Below, piece by piece: positions 32,117 to 41,948 of a stretch of 64,000 nt of DNA. Location: assembly GCA_016124335.1 (NCBI GenBank), contig WGNX01000009.1:101658-165657 (forward strand), in the 5' to 3' direction. The notes below the pieces were generated by a model. The model searched no databases. It was not told where the DNA came from and was given only the letters and a program-made list of their open reading frames with translations. Within the stretch, counting starts at the first letter, position 1. Each line of letters opens with the position of its first letter. Position numbers and translations under genes: made by a program. This DNA comes from Alphaproteobacteria bacterium (GTDB taxonomy: Bacteria; Pseudomonadota; Alphaproteobacteria; CACIAM-22H2).

Positions 32117-32121
32117 GCGCT

Positions 32122-33369
32122 TCAATCCCTGTTCGACGCGCCGGCGGTTTCATAAAGCGGTCGGCCGGTCGCGAACCGATCAAGCGCGAACGGCGCCACT
32201 TCCGGACCTGGCATGTCATTTGCGATCAGTGCCGCGAAAGCCGCACCACCAGCGGGGATCGCCTTGAATCCGCCCGAACCCCAACCGACATCCAGATAAA
32301 GGCCGTCGACGGGCGCCTTCGAAACGATCGGCGAGGTGTCGTAACAAAGATCGATGGCGCCGGCCCACTGGCGCAGCATGCGCACCCGGCCAAGGACCGG
32401 AAACAGTTCCGCCAGGCTTGTCACGACGCGCTCGATGGTCGCGAAGTCGCCGCGTTGGACATATGAGGGCACGCCGTCGGCTCCGCCTCCGATCACAAGT
32501 TCACCCTTGTCGGATTGGCTGAGATAGACCTGACCCGGGCAATTCACCACGCAATCGAGCATCGGTTTCAGCGGCTCGGAAACGAACGCCTGAAGCGGGA
32601 CAGTCTCGATCGGCAACCGGACACCGGCGGTCTGGGCCAGCACGCTTGCGTGCGCGGATACCGCGAGCGCGACTTTCGGCGCCACCACGAAGCCCATCGC
32701 CGTCTCGACGCCCGTCACCCTTCCACCCTCGCGGCGGACGGCCGTAACCTCGCAACCCTGAACGATATCGACCCCCAGCGCATCGGCGGCACGCGCATAG
32801 CCCCATGCGACGGCATCGTGCCGGGCAACGCCGGCGCTCGGATGCCATGTCGCGGCCAGCACCGGAAACCGCTTGGCGCCGTCAAGATCGAGGATCGGCA
32901 CGCGCGCTTTCGCCGCTTCCGGCGAGACGATTTCGAACGGCACGCCGGCAAGACGCATCAGCACCTGGCGACGCTTGACGTCGCGCAGCTTCGCCCAGGT
33001 CTGGATAAGGTCGATCTGGCCGCGTTCGGAGAACATGACGTTGAAGCCCAGTTCGCCCGACATTTCGCGCCACATCCGCAGGCCTTCGGCATGAAAGCGG
33101 ATTGATTCCTCGCGAAGGTAGTTGGCGCGGATCGTCACCGTATTACGGCCGGTATTGCCGCCGCCGATCCACCCCTTGTCGACGACCAGCACGTTTCGCA
33201 TGCCGTGCCGGCGTGCGAGATAATAGGCGGTCGCAAGACCATGGCCGCCGGCACCGACGATCACGGCTTCGTAGCGCTCGCGCGGCCTGGGGCTACGCCA
33301 CGCGCGCGGCCACCCGGCATGGCCCGTCAGCGCATTTCGCGCCAGCGCCCAGATGGAATAGCCGCGCAT
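32122..33369 (-). CDS. soxB: Sarcosine oxidase beta subunit family
   Basis: VGAGGHGLATAYYLA, GGGNTGRNT, ARHDAVAWGYAR, LQAFVSEPLKP, GWGSGGFKA. Confidence 0.94.
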   Translation of the reverse strand: MRGYSIWALARNALTGHAGWPRAWRSPRPRERYEAVIVGAGGHGLATAYYLARRHGMRNVLVVDKGWIGGGNTGRNTVTIRANYLREESIRFHAEGLRMWREMSGELGFNVMFSERGQIDLIQTWAKLRDVKRRQVLMRLAGVPFEIVSPEAAKARVPILDLDGAKRFPVLAATWHPSAGVARHDAVAWGYARAADALGVDIVQGCEVTAVRREGGRVTGVETAMGFVVAPKVALAVSAHASVLAQTAGVRLPIETVPLQAFVSEPLKPMLDCVVNCPGQVYLSQSDKGELVIGGGADGVPSYVQRGDFATIERVVTSLAELFPVLGRVRMLRQWAGAIDLCYDTSPIVSKAPVDGLYLDVGWGSGGFKAIPAGGAAFAALIANDMPGPEVAPFALDRFATGRPLYETAGASNRD

Positions 33370-33376
33370 CGCCTGC

Positions 33377-33985
33377 CTAGACGTGTTCCCAGTCGTCGAG
33401 CTTGCCGGAATTGGGCGGCGAATAGCCCAGCACGTCTCCCTTCGTCGTCACGCCCAGCCCGTTCAGCAGGCGGTTCGAATAGTTGAAATAGGCGCAGACC
33501 TGATTTGCCTCGAAGATCTCCGCATCCGAGGCGCCGGCCGCGCGCGCGGCCTCGATGTCTTCCTCCGCCATCTTCTGCGGCTCGAGCGTCAGCTTGCGCA
33601 CATAGCGCAGAAGCCCCAGTTCCTTGCCGTCGAAGACCCGCTCGGGTGCCGCCATCGTCAACGCCTGATAGATCGAACGTGCGCGCTCGTCGTCCTTCAA
33701 GAGGCGCGTGAGACCCGCATAGTGATGCGCGACGGAATATTCGCACCTGTTCGACAGGCTCGTGTAGATGCCGAGGCACTCAAGGAACCACACCGGCAGC
33801 GTGTTGCCCGTGTGGTGGAGAACGCTTTTGTAAAGCGCGCTGTGGCCCTCCATCGTGTGCGGCCGCAGCGAGTGGATCTTCATGACGTTGTCGATCGCCC
33901 CGCCGGGCCCCTTCACCCGATCGTAAAGTTCGCGCAGATAGCCGGTTGCTTCCTCGTACTGCAGCATTCGGATCCAGGCGGTCAT
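33377..33985 (-). CDS. AhpD/carboxymuconolactone decarboxylase-like (peroxidase-related) protein
   Basis: DNVMKIHSLRP, NRCEYSVAHH, AYFNYSNRLLNGLG; RBS GGAGAAG. Confidence 0.85.
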   Translation of the reverse strand: MTAWIRMLQYEEATGYLRELYDRVKGPGGAIDNVMKIHSLRPHTMEGHSALYKSVLHHTGNTLPVWFLECLGIYTSLSNRCEYSVAHHYAGLTRLLKDDERARSIYQALTMAAPERVFDGKELGLLRYVRKLTLEPQKMAEEDIEAARAAGASDAEIFEANQVCAYFNYSNRLLNGLGVTTKGDVLGYSPPNSGKLDDWEHV

Positions 33986-34013
33986 GTCGTCTTCTCCGGT
34001 ATTCGGGCGGGGG

Positions 34014-35255
34014 TCAGAAACGCGTTGGCGAATAGGGCAAAAGGTCGATGCCGGGCGACCGGCCGGCGACAAGGTCGGCGACGATCGCTGCGGTTTTCGC
34101 GGCGAGCGTCACGCCGAGATGCGCATGCCCGAACGCGAGGATCGCGCGGGGGCTTGCCGGTGCGGGACCGATCACCGGCAAGCCGTCGGGAAGCGAAGGT
34201 CGCGGTCCCATCCATTCGGTTGCGCCGCCGGTTCGCAATCCGGGCAAGAGGCGCTGTGCGGCACGTACAAGCATCGCTGAACGCGAATAATCCGGCGGCG
34301 CGTCGAGGCCCGCAAACTCGACCGTGCCCGCAAGGCGAAGGCCCATCGTCATCGACGTGAGCGCGTATTTTCCTTCGCCATCGATCATCTGGGCCGGCAA
34401 GTCGATGCCGGGATCCGGCAGGACCGCGTGATAGCCGCGCTCGACGTCGAGCGGCACGCGTGCACCGAGCTTTGCGGCAAACGCCTTTGAGTGCGCACCG
34501 GCAGCAAGCACCAGTTGCCCCGCGTGGAAACCGCCCGATTTCGTGCGCAGGTGGACGGCATCGGCATCCGCCGCCAGGTCGAGAACCGCCTCGCGCACGA
34601 CCGTTCCGCCCGCGGCGTCGAAGGCCTGCATCAAGCCATCGCACAGGCCGCCCGGATCGACGACATGGCCCGCGTCGGGCGAGTAGATGCCGTAGCGGAA
34701 TTCCGGCGACAGCATCGGCGCGAAGGATGAGAGCCAAGCCGCTTCGACCGGATCGGCGGCCACGCCACGCTTGCGGCGAAGCGCATGTGCGGGCTCCGCC
34801 GCCCGCCGGCTGCGTTCGCTTGCATAGACATAGAGAATGCCCTGCTTGCGGAAGAAGCGATCCACACCCGCGCTTTTGGCGAACGCAGACCATGTCTCGC
34901 AAGCACCCAGCGTCAATGCCGCGAGCGCCTTCGAGCAGGCTTCGACGCGGTGGGGCAGCGCATTGAGCACAAAGCGGGCAATCCAAGGCAGCAGGTGCGG
35001 CAGATAGGCCGGCCGGATCGCGATCGGCGACAATGGATCGAACAGCATGCCCGGCAGCGCGCGGATCGTCGCCGGCATCGCAAGCGGCGCCACCCAGCCC
35101 GGCGTGATCCCGCCGGCGTTGCCGAACGAGGCGCCCCGACCGGGTGCCGGATCGAATAGCGTGACCTTGCGACCCTGTACGACGAGCGCATATGCACAGG
35201 CGAGCCCGACGATTCCGCCGCCGACAATCGCAATTTCGATTTGCCGGTCGCTCAC
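34014..35255 (-). CDS. FAD-dependent D-amino acid dehydrogenase-family oxidoreductase (GOX/IdaA/D-hydroxyproline dehydrogenase-like)
   Basis: GGGIVG, GASFGNAG, PLDVERGYH, GLRLAGTVEFAG, WMGPRPSLPDGLPVIG, FGHAHLG. Confidence 0.9.
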   Translation of the reverse strand: MSDRQIEIAIVGGGIVGLACAYALVVQGRKVTLFDPAPGRGASFGNAGGITPGWVAPLAMPATIRALPGMLFDPLSPIAIRPAYLPHLLPWIARFVLNALPHRVEACSKALAALTLGACETWSAFAKSAGVDRFFRKQGILYVYASERSRRAAEPAHALRRKRGVAADPVEAAWLSSFAPMLSPEFRYGIYSPDAGHVVDPGGLCDGLMQAFDAAGGTVVREAVLDLAADADAVHLRTKSGGFHAGQLVLAAGAHSKAFAAKLGARVPLDVERGYHAVLPDPGIDLPAQMIDGEGKYALTSMTMGLRLAGTVEFAGLDAPPDYSRSAMLVRAAQRLLPGLRTGGATEWMGPRPSLPDGLPVIGPAPASPRAILAFGHAHLGVTLAAKTAAIVADLVAGRSPGIDLLPYSPTRF

Positions 35256-36142
35256 CGGAATCGCCCGAGTCTGGTCTCGAGGCGCGCGAACAGCCGCGAG
35301 AGCGCGTAGCAGAGCGAGAAATACAGCACGGCGACGATGATCCACGCCTCGAACACCCGCGTCGTCGTCGCGGCGACTTCATTGCCCAGGAACGTCAGAT
35401 CCTGAATCGAGATCAGCGAGACGATCGAGGAGTCCTTGACCAGCGAGATGAATTGCCCGGCCAATGGCGGCAGCGTGCGCTGGATCGCCTGGGGCAGGAC
35501 GACGAGACGCAGGCACTTCCAGCGGGTGAAGCCGAGGGCGCGCGAGGCTTCCCATTGGCCGCGATCGATCGATTCGATCCCGCCGCGCACGATCTCGGTG
35601 ACGTAGGCACCTTCGAACAGCGCAAGGCACGCGACCGCCGAGGCGAGTGCGGGCAGGTATTGGGTTGGCCCCAGCAGGAAATCGATGGTCGCGCGCGTCG
35701 CCGGCGCGGCCGAGCGCGCCCACACGTCGAGGCCGAGCACCGGCACGATCTGGCTGGTGAGAAAGAAATAAACGACGAAGACGAAGACGAGCGGAGGCAC
35801 ATTTCGGACGAGTTCGACATAGCTTCGCGAGACGAGCCGCAGGAAGAGCGAGGTCGACACGCGTGCGATTCCCATCGCCGCACCGATGATCGCGGCGAAT
35901 ATCGCGGCCCAAAGCGACATGCGGATCGTCGTCCACAGGCCGCTCAAGATGAGATTGGGGATCCATGCATCCCTGGCGGGATCGTAGCGGATCACGAATC
36001 CCCAGACAGGTGCCCAGTTCCAGTTGTAGCGGAGCACCGTCTGCGCACGCCAGACCACGTAGATCGCGGCTACGACGACGAGCGCCAGGACAACCGCGTC
36101 CACGAGACCAAACCGCCGCCCGCGCGGAGCGGGCGGCGGCAT
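35252..36142 (-). CDS. Polar amino acid ABC transporter permease
   Basis: YVELVRNVPPLV, EIVRGGIESIDRGQWEA, LVKDSS. Confidence 0.93.
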   Translation of the reverse strand: MPPPAPRGRRFGLVDAVVLALVVVAAIYVVWRAQTVLRYNWNWAPVWGFVIRYDPARDAWIPNLILSGLWTTIRMSLWAAIFAAIIGAAMGIARVSTSLFLRLVSRSYVELVRNVPPLVFVFVVYFFLTSQIVPVLGLDVWARSAAPATRATIDFLLGPTQYLPALASAVACLALFEGAYVTEIVRGGIESIDRGQWEASRALGFTRWKCLRLVVLPQAIQRTLPPLAGQFISLVKDSSIVSLISIQDLTFLGNEVAATTTRVFEAWIIVAVLYFSLCYALSRLFARLETRLGRFR

Positions 36143-36159
36143 GGCGGGCAGGTCGATGC

Positions 36160-36993
36160 TTACTGAGCCTGCTGGTCTTTCCACTCGCGCGCCTTGAACC
36201 AGTACGCCTGACGCTCGGCAAGCCAACCGTCGAGCGTTTTCGACTGGATCCAGTTGTTGAGGAAGTTGAGCGCGTCAGGGTCGCCCTTGCGCACGGCCAT
36301 AGCGTCGGCCTGCTTCACCAGCACGTCCGGGAACGGCCGGAAGAGCGTGTCGGGATGGTCGAGGGCCGCAAAGCCGGGCTTCGGCACGGTGCTCACCCAT
36401 GCGTGCGCGCGGTCGTTCTGGACCTCGAGCAGTGCGGGCGCATCGTCGTCGAACAGGCGAAGGGTCGCTTTCGGGAACATGCGCTGTGCCGTAGTCGCGG
36501 CCGACGTGCCGCGACGTGCGGCGAGCGTCACGGTCGGCTTGTCGAAGTCCGCGAGCGTCTTGAACCCGCCGGCGAGCTTCTTGCTGGCGACAACGTCGAC
36601 GCCCGTCGCCGAATAGGGCGACGTGAAGTTGACGGTGAGGTTGCGCGCCGGCGTGATCGTCATGCCGCCGATGATGAAGTCGAACTGGCCTGCGAGCAGT
36701 GCGGGAATGATACCGTCCCACGCCGTCGGGACGAACTCGGGCTTGACGCCCATGTCTTCGGCCAGCTTCTTGGCGACATCGACCTCGTACCCGATCAGGT
36801 CGCCGGACTTGCTGCGGAAGGCCCATGGAACGAACGTCGACAGGCCCACGCGCAGCGTTCCCCGTTTCTTGATTTCCTCGATGGCGCTTGAGGCGGCGAG
36901 CCCCTGGCGTACATCTTGAGCCTTTGCCACCGGCGGAACTGCCAGCGCCGCGACGGCGAGTGTCGCAAAGGCGATTTTCCTCAGACTGAACAT
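36160..36993 (-). CDS. Polar amino acid ABC transporter substrate-binding protein (family 3)
   Basis: Signal peptide, IKKRGTLRVG, GYEVDVAK, WDGIIPAL, GMTITPAR; RBS AGGAGG. Confidence 0.95.
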   Translation of the reverse strand: MFSLRKIAFATLAVAALAVPPVAKAQDVRQGLAASSAIEEIKKRGTLRVGLSTFVPWAFRSKSGDLIGYEVDVAKKLAEDMGVKPEFVPTAWDGIIPALLAGQFDFIIGGMTITPARNLTVNFTSPYSATGVDVVASKKLAGGFKTLADFDKPTVTLAARRGTSAATTAQRMFPKATLRLFDDDAPALLEVQNDRAHAWVSTVPKPGFAALDHPDTLFRPFPDVLVKQADAMAVRKGDPDALNFLNNWIQSKTLDGWLAERQAYWFKAREWKDQQAQ

Positions 36994-37028
36994 GGAGCCT
37001 CCTTCTTCTTCCTGCTTCGGGTTGGGTT

Positions 37029-37841
37029 TCAGTTCTTGAGCCGGCGCTCCATCACGCTGACGCCGGCCGACATTGCTCCCGTCACGGCCAGATAGACGGC
37101 GGCGACGGCGAGCCAGATTTCGAACGTCATGAACGTATCCGCGATGACGTTGCGCCCTTCATTGGTGAGATCGAATACGGCAATCACGCTCACGATCGCG
37201 GAGTGCTTGACGAGCGAGACGGAAAGTCCGGTCAATGGCGGCAGGACGAGCCGCAGCGCCTGCGGCAGCACGACGTGACGGTAGATACGCGGCGGGGCAA
37301 GGCCCAGGCTTCGCGCCGCTTCCCACTGACCCTTCGGCACAGCCTCGATGCCGGCACGGAATATCTCCGCCGCGAAGGCGCCCTCGAAAACCGCCAGGCA
37401 AAGGATGCCGGTCCAGAAACGGTCGACGCCGAGGATTGGCGCCAGCACGAAATAAAACAGATAGAGCTGCACGAGCAGTGGCGTATTGCGGATCGCCTCG
37501 ACATAGACGCGCACGAGCGCGCCGCCGACGATGGACCCGGACTGGCGCAGGACCGCGGCGAGGAGCCCGATGGCGATCGTCAGCAGCAGCGCAATCGCGC
37601 TGATTTCGATGGTGACGAGCAGCCCCTTCGCAAGCGGGCCGGCATAGTACGCGCCGTCGATCTCGCGCACGAAATAGCGCGGGACGCGATACCATTGCCA
37701 GTTGTACCCCATGCGGCTTGCACCATAAACCGCAGCCCAGACGACGCACGTCGCAAACGCGAGGAATTGCGCCGTATCGATTGCCCGGCGCCATGCGAAT
37801 TGCGGCGGTGGCGGCAATTGCGTTGTGGGGGCTGCTTGCAT
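37029..37841 (-). CDS. Polar amino acid ABC transporter permease
   Basis: IRNTPLLVQL, EIFRAGIEAVPKGQWEAA. Confidence 0.93.
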   Translation of the reverse strand: MQAAPTTQLPPPPQFAWRRAIDTAQFLAFATCVVWAAVYGASRMGYNWQWYRVPRYFVREIDGAYYAGPLAKGLLVTIEISAIALLLTIAIGLLAAVLRQSGSIVGGALVRVYVEAIRNTPLLVQLYLFYFVLAPILGVDRFWTGILCLAVFEGAFAAEIFRAGIEAVPKGQWEAARSLGLAPPRIYRHVVLPQALRLVLPPLTGLSVSLVKHSAIVSVIAVFDLTNEGRNVIADTFMTFEIWLAVAAVYLAVTGAMSAGVSVMERRLKN

Positions 37842-37984
37842 CGCGCTCCGGTCCCTGCGGTGCGGTCCCTCGCAGGGGCCGCACTACAATGCGATGTTAG
37901 CAGCGGGAGCAAGAAATCTGCCATGTGTTCGCGATGGCAGCGCACGTTCATGCGCGCCCCAAACAGGCTCATGTTCAAGTGGGC

Positions 37985-38638
37985 CTAGCGTCCGGCTTTT
38001 CCGTACGCCGCCATGAAAACATCGACGGCAGCTGAAACGGATCGGCGCAGTTCGTCGGCGTCCGGCCGCTCGACCACGCAGAAAAGCATCTGCTTCATGT
38101 GCTTTGCTTGGCAAAGCTCGATGAAATGGAAGGCCGCGCGCTGCACGTCGTCAACCACGAGATGCCCGGCTTCGACCTGCCGGGCGAGATAGTCGGCCAG
38201 CCGCCCGACGCCGAAGCGTGGCCCGGCTTCATAAAATGCGCGTCCGATCGCGGGGAATTTCGCCGACGCCGCGATCACCGTGCGCAGATGCGCCATCGCA
38301 CCCGGGCGCGACATCGCCTCCATCAGGTTCGCGCCGAAATCCCGCAGCACCTTCGCGACGTCGTGATCGTCGGCATCGAAGGTGCAAATCCGCTCGGCTT
38401 GGGCCCGGCGATCCTCGCGGATCAGGGCCTCGAAAAGGGCCTCCTTCGACGGAAAATAGGCATAGACCGTTCCCTTCGATACGCCGGCCGCCCGGGTAAT
38501 ATCGTTCATGCTGGCGCCGTCGAAGCCTTCGCGCATGAAGATTTCGCGTGCACCTTCAATGATTTGGCGCCGCTTTGCGGTATCGCTGGCACTGTCGTCC
38601 CGGGCATCCGGGGGCAGATTTGCATCTGGGGCAGGCAT
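37985..38638 (-). CDS. TetR/AcrR-family regulator (divergent from emrAB)
   Basis: QIIEGAREIF..GFDGASMNDITRAAGVSKGTVYAYFPSKEALF. Confidence 0.94.
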   Translation of the reverse strand: MPAPDANLPPDARDDSASDTAKRRQIIEGAREIFMREGFDGASMNDITRAAGVSKGTVYAYFPSKEALFEALIREDRRAQAERICTFDADDHDVAKVLRDFGANLMEAMSRPGAMAHLRTVIAASAKFPAIGRAFYEAGPRFGVGRLADYLARQVEAGHLVVDDVQRAAFHFIELCQAKHMKQMLFCVVERPDADELRRSVSAAVDVFMAAYGKAGR

Positions 38639-38662
38639 TTCGTTACGCACTTGCAAAATATG

Positions 38663-38684
38663 TTGACCGAACCGTTCGGTTCAA
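38663..38684. promoter_or_regulatory. Palindromic operator, probable TetR site
   Basis: TTG-ACCGAAC-C-GTTCGGT-TCAA with a perfect 7-bp inverted core (38666-38680) between tetR and emrA. Confidence 0.65.
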
Positions 38685-38749
38685 TTTGAATAGCGCCCGA
38701 CCAATTGTCAAGGCATTGCGGCCACCCCCCGGCCGAGGAACGAACGAAA

Positions 38750-39880
38750 ATGAAAATGGACAACGAGCGCGCGAAACTGCGCCCCGATGCTGCATCGCCC
38801 GCCTCCGGCGAAGCCCCGTCGGCAACGCCCGTGCGCAAACCGCGCAAGCGCCTTCTGCTCTTCGCCGTACTCGCGATCGCCGCCGGCTACGGCGGCTGGA
38901 AGGCGTACAACTGGTTCATCGACGGGCGCTTTGTCGTTTCAACCGACGATGCCTACGTCAAGGCGGACCAGTCGATCATCGCCGCGAAGGTGCCCGGCCT
39001 CGTCGCGGCCGTCGACGTTGCCGACAATACCCGCGTCAAGGCCGGTGACACGCTCGTGCGGATCGACGATGGCGACTATCGCCTCGCCGTCGAAGCGGCG
39101 CGCGAGCGGATCGCCACGCAGGATGCAGCACTCGCACGCATCGTACGCCAGACGGCCGCCCAACGCGCGTCGATCGAACAGGCCGTCGCCCAACTCAACG
39201 CCGCGCAGGCTGAAGTCTCGCGCGCCAATCTCGCCTTTGCGCGCGCCGAATCGCTCGCGCGCACCGGCAACGGCTCGGTTGCGACGTTCGATCAAGCGCG
39301 CGCCGACCGCGACCGCGTCCTTGCAAATGTCGCCGGCGCGCGCGCGGGCGTCGAAGCGGCGAATGCCGCAATGGAAGTGCTGCGCGCCCAGCAGGCCGAA
39401 GCCGATAGCCAGCGTCGCGAACTGGAAACCGCACTCCAGCGCGCCGAACGCGACCTGTCGTTTACGGCCGTGCGTGCGCCCTTCGACGGCACGGTCGGCA
39501 ATCGCGCCGCGCAGCCCGGCCAGTACGTCCAGCCAGGGACGCGGCTGATGGCACTCGTCCCGCTCGACGGCGTCTATATCCAGGCGAATTTCAAGGAAAC
39601 GCAGCTTGCCGAGATCAAGCCCGGCCAGCCGGTCGACCTGACGGTCGACGCCTATCCGGGCCGCACCATCCGCGGCACGGTTGTCAGCATCGCGCCGGCC
39701 TCCGGCTCCGAGTTCTCGCTGCTGCCGCCTGAAAACGCGACGGGCAATTTCACCAAGATCGTCCAGCGCCTGCCCGTGCGCATTGCCGTGCCGGCGGAAA
39801 TCGCCCGCGAGGGTCTGTTGCGTCCGGGAATGTCGGTCGTCGCCGGCGTGCGCACGCACGGCGCGCCGACCGTCCCGTGA
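38750..39880 (+). CDS. emrA: HlyD-family membrane fusion protein (EmrA-like)
   Basis: STDDAYV, ANFKETQL, LLPPENATGNFTKIVQRLPVRI. Confidence 0.93.
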   Translation: MKMDNERAKLRPDAASPASGEAPSATPVRKPRKRLLLFAVLAIAAGYGGWKAYNWFIDGRFVVSTDDAYVKADQSIIAAKVPGLVAAVDVADNTRVKAGDTLVRIDDGDYRLAVEAARERIATQDAALARIVRQTAAQRASIEQAVAQLNAAQAEVSRANLAFARAESLARTGNGSVATFDQARADRDRVLANVAGARAGVEAANAAMEVLRAQQAEADSQRRELETALQRAERDLSFTAVRAPFDGTVGNRAAQPGQYVQPGTRLMALVPLDGVYIQANFKETQLAEIKPGQPVDLTVDAYPGRTIRGTVVSIAPASGSEFSLLPPENATGNFTKIVQRLPVRIAVPAEIAREGLLRPGMSVVAGVRTHGAPTVP

Positions 39881-41436
39881 GCACGCCTGCCATGCCTGCT
39901 GCCGCGGACCATATCGATCCGCGGCGCCTCGTCGCGTTCATCGCGATGGTGTTCGGCATGTTCATGGCGATCCTCGACATCCAGATCGTCTCGGCCTCGC
40001 TCGCCGAAATCCAGGCGGGCCTGTCGGCAAGTGCTGAGGAAATCGCCTGGGTGCAGACGAGCTACCTCATCGCGGAAGTCATCATGATCCCGCTGTCGGG
40101 CTTCCTCAGCCGGGCATTCTCCACGCGGATCATCTTCACGATATCGGCCGGCGGGTTCACATTCGCAAGCTTCCTTTGCGCCAACGCCACATCGCTCGAC
40201 GAAATGATTCTCTGGCGCACGATCCAGGGCTTCATCGGCGGGGGCATGATCCCCACCGTCTTCGCCTCGTCCTACATGATCTTCCCGCGAAGCAAGCAGG
40301 CATTGATCGCGCCATCGATCGGCCTCGTTGTCACGCTTGCCCCCACGATCGGGCCGACCGTGGGCGGCTACCTGACCGATATTTTCTCTTGGCACTGGCT
40401 GTTTCTGGTCAACATCATTCCCGGCATCGGCGTGACGGTCGCCGCCTGGACGCTGATCGATTTCGACGAATCCGATTTCTCGCTGCTCGAAGGGTTCGAC
40501 TGGTTCGGCCTTATTTCGATGGCCGTCTTTCTGGGCTCGCTGGAGTACTTTCTCGAGGAAGGCCCGCAGAAGGACTGGTTCGAAAGCGACCTGATCGTCA
40601 CCGCCGGCATCACTGCGGCGGTCTGCGGAATCGCTTTCTTCTGGCGGACGCTCACCGTCCGGCGACCGATCGTGGACCTGACGGCGTATCTCGACCGGAA
40701 CTTCTGGTCCGGCTCGATCTGCTCGTTCGTGATGGGGATCGGGCTCTACGGACTTACATATCTCTATCCGGTCTATCTCGCGCGCGTGCGTGGCTTCTCG
40801 GCGCTCCAGATCGGCGAGACGATGTTCGTCACCGGCCTATGCATGTTCTTCACGGCGCCCGTCACTGGCCGGCTGATGGGCAAGGTCGATCCGCGCCTGA
40901 TGATTGCGGTCGGCTTCCTGATGTTCTCGGTGGGCACGCTGCAGGCCTCCGCGATCACGGTCGAGTGGGATTTCTGGGAACTTCTCGTGCCGCAGATCCT
41001 GCGCGGCGTAGGCATCATGACCAGCATGGTACCGATCAACAATCTGGCACTCGGCACGCTGCCGCCCGAGCGGCTCAAGAACGCCGCCGGCCTCTACAAC
41101 CTGACTCGCAACCTCGGCGGTGCCGTCGGCCTTGCGCTCATCAACACGCTGCTCAACAACCGCACGGACCTCCACCTCCAGCGCCTGCACGAGCAGGTCA
41201 CCTGGGCAAGCGCCAGCGCGCTCGAGACGATCTCGTCCCTGACGGCAGGCCTCGCCCGGCTGGGCAGCGACGCCGAACTGGCGGCGATCCGCAAGACCGC
41301 CGGCATCGTGCGCCAGCAGGCTTTCGTGATGTCGCTGGGCGACGTCTTTTTCGTGCTGACGTGGCTTTTCCTGGCCCTCGTCGTGCTGACGCCGATGATG
41401 CAGCGCCCCCAGCGGCCGGGCGGCGGCGGGCACTGA
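39877..41436 (+). CDS. emrB: DHA2-family MFS efflux pump (EmrB-like)
   Basis: FMAILDIQIV, WVQTSYLIAE, APTIGPTVGG..WHWLFLVN, YNLTRNLGGAVG. Confidence 0.94.
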   Translation: MSTPAMPAAADHIDPRRLVAFIAMVFGMFMAILDIQIVSASLAEIQAGLSASAEEIAWVQTSYLIAEVIMIPLSGFLSRAFSTRIIFTISAGGFTFASFLCANATSLDEMILWRTIQGFIGGGMIPTVFASSYMIFPRSKQALIAPSIGLVVTLAPTIGPTVGGYLTDIFSWHWLFLVNIIPGIGVTVAAWTLIDFDESDFSLLEGFDWFGLISMAVFLGSLEYFLEEGPQKDWFESDLIVTAGITAAVCGIAFFWRTLTVRRPIVDLTAYLDRNFWSGSICSFVMGIGLYGLTYLYPVYLARVRGFSALQIGETMFVTGLCMFFTAPVTGRLMGKVDPRLMIAVGFLMFSVGTLQASAITVEWDFWELLVPQILRGVGIMTSMVPINNLALGTLPPERLKNAAGLYNLTRNLGGAVGLALINTLLNNRTDLHLQRLHEQVTWASASALETISSLTAGLARLGSDAELAAIRKTAGIVRQQAFVMSLGDVFFVLTWLFLALVVLTPMMQRPQRPGGGGH

Positions 41437-41524
41437 CGCTCTGCCGTTGGCGCGGCCTGCCGTGCCGGTCTAGGCTGGCATCCGGATTGCGTGGCAACCG
41501 TCCGCAAGAAGGAGCCTGTCCACG

Positions 41525-41938
41525 ATGGAAAAAGTTCGAATCACCGCCGGGCCGTATGTTTTCGGCGGCCGTTTCGAGACGGCCGCGGCACCGGCAACCT
41601 GCTCGGTCTTCCGCAGCCTGCTGCCGTACCGCAACAAGATCATCCATGTCCGCTGGAGCGGCGAGGCCTGCTGGATCCCGCTCGGCGAGCACGATTTCGG
41701 TCTGCCGTTCGAAAACCAGACGAGCTACCCAGCACCCGGGCAGATCATCGTCTACCCCGGCGGCATCAGCGAAACCGAAATCCTTTTCGCCTATGGCGGC
41801 GTTCGCTTCGCCAGCAAGGTCGGCCAGCTTGCCGGCAACCATTTCATCACGCTGACCGAAGGGCTCGAGAACCTCCCCGCCCTCGGCAAGATGGTGCTGT
41901 GGAAAGGCGCGCAGGATTTCGCGATCGAGGCGGTGTAG
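41525..41938 (+). CDS. DUF3830 family protein (cyclophilin-like fold)
   Basis: IIHVRWSGE, ENQTSYPAPG, SETEILFAYG, GQLAGNHF; RBS AGGAG. Confidence 0.85.
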   Translation: MEKVRITAGPYVFGGRFETAAAPATCSVFRSLLPYRNKIIHVRWSGEACWIPLGEHDFGLPFENQTSYPAPGQIIVYPGGISETEILFAYGGVRFASKVGQLAGNHFITLTEGLENLPALGKMVLWKGAQDFAIEAV

Positions 41939-41948
41939 CCTCGGGCGG

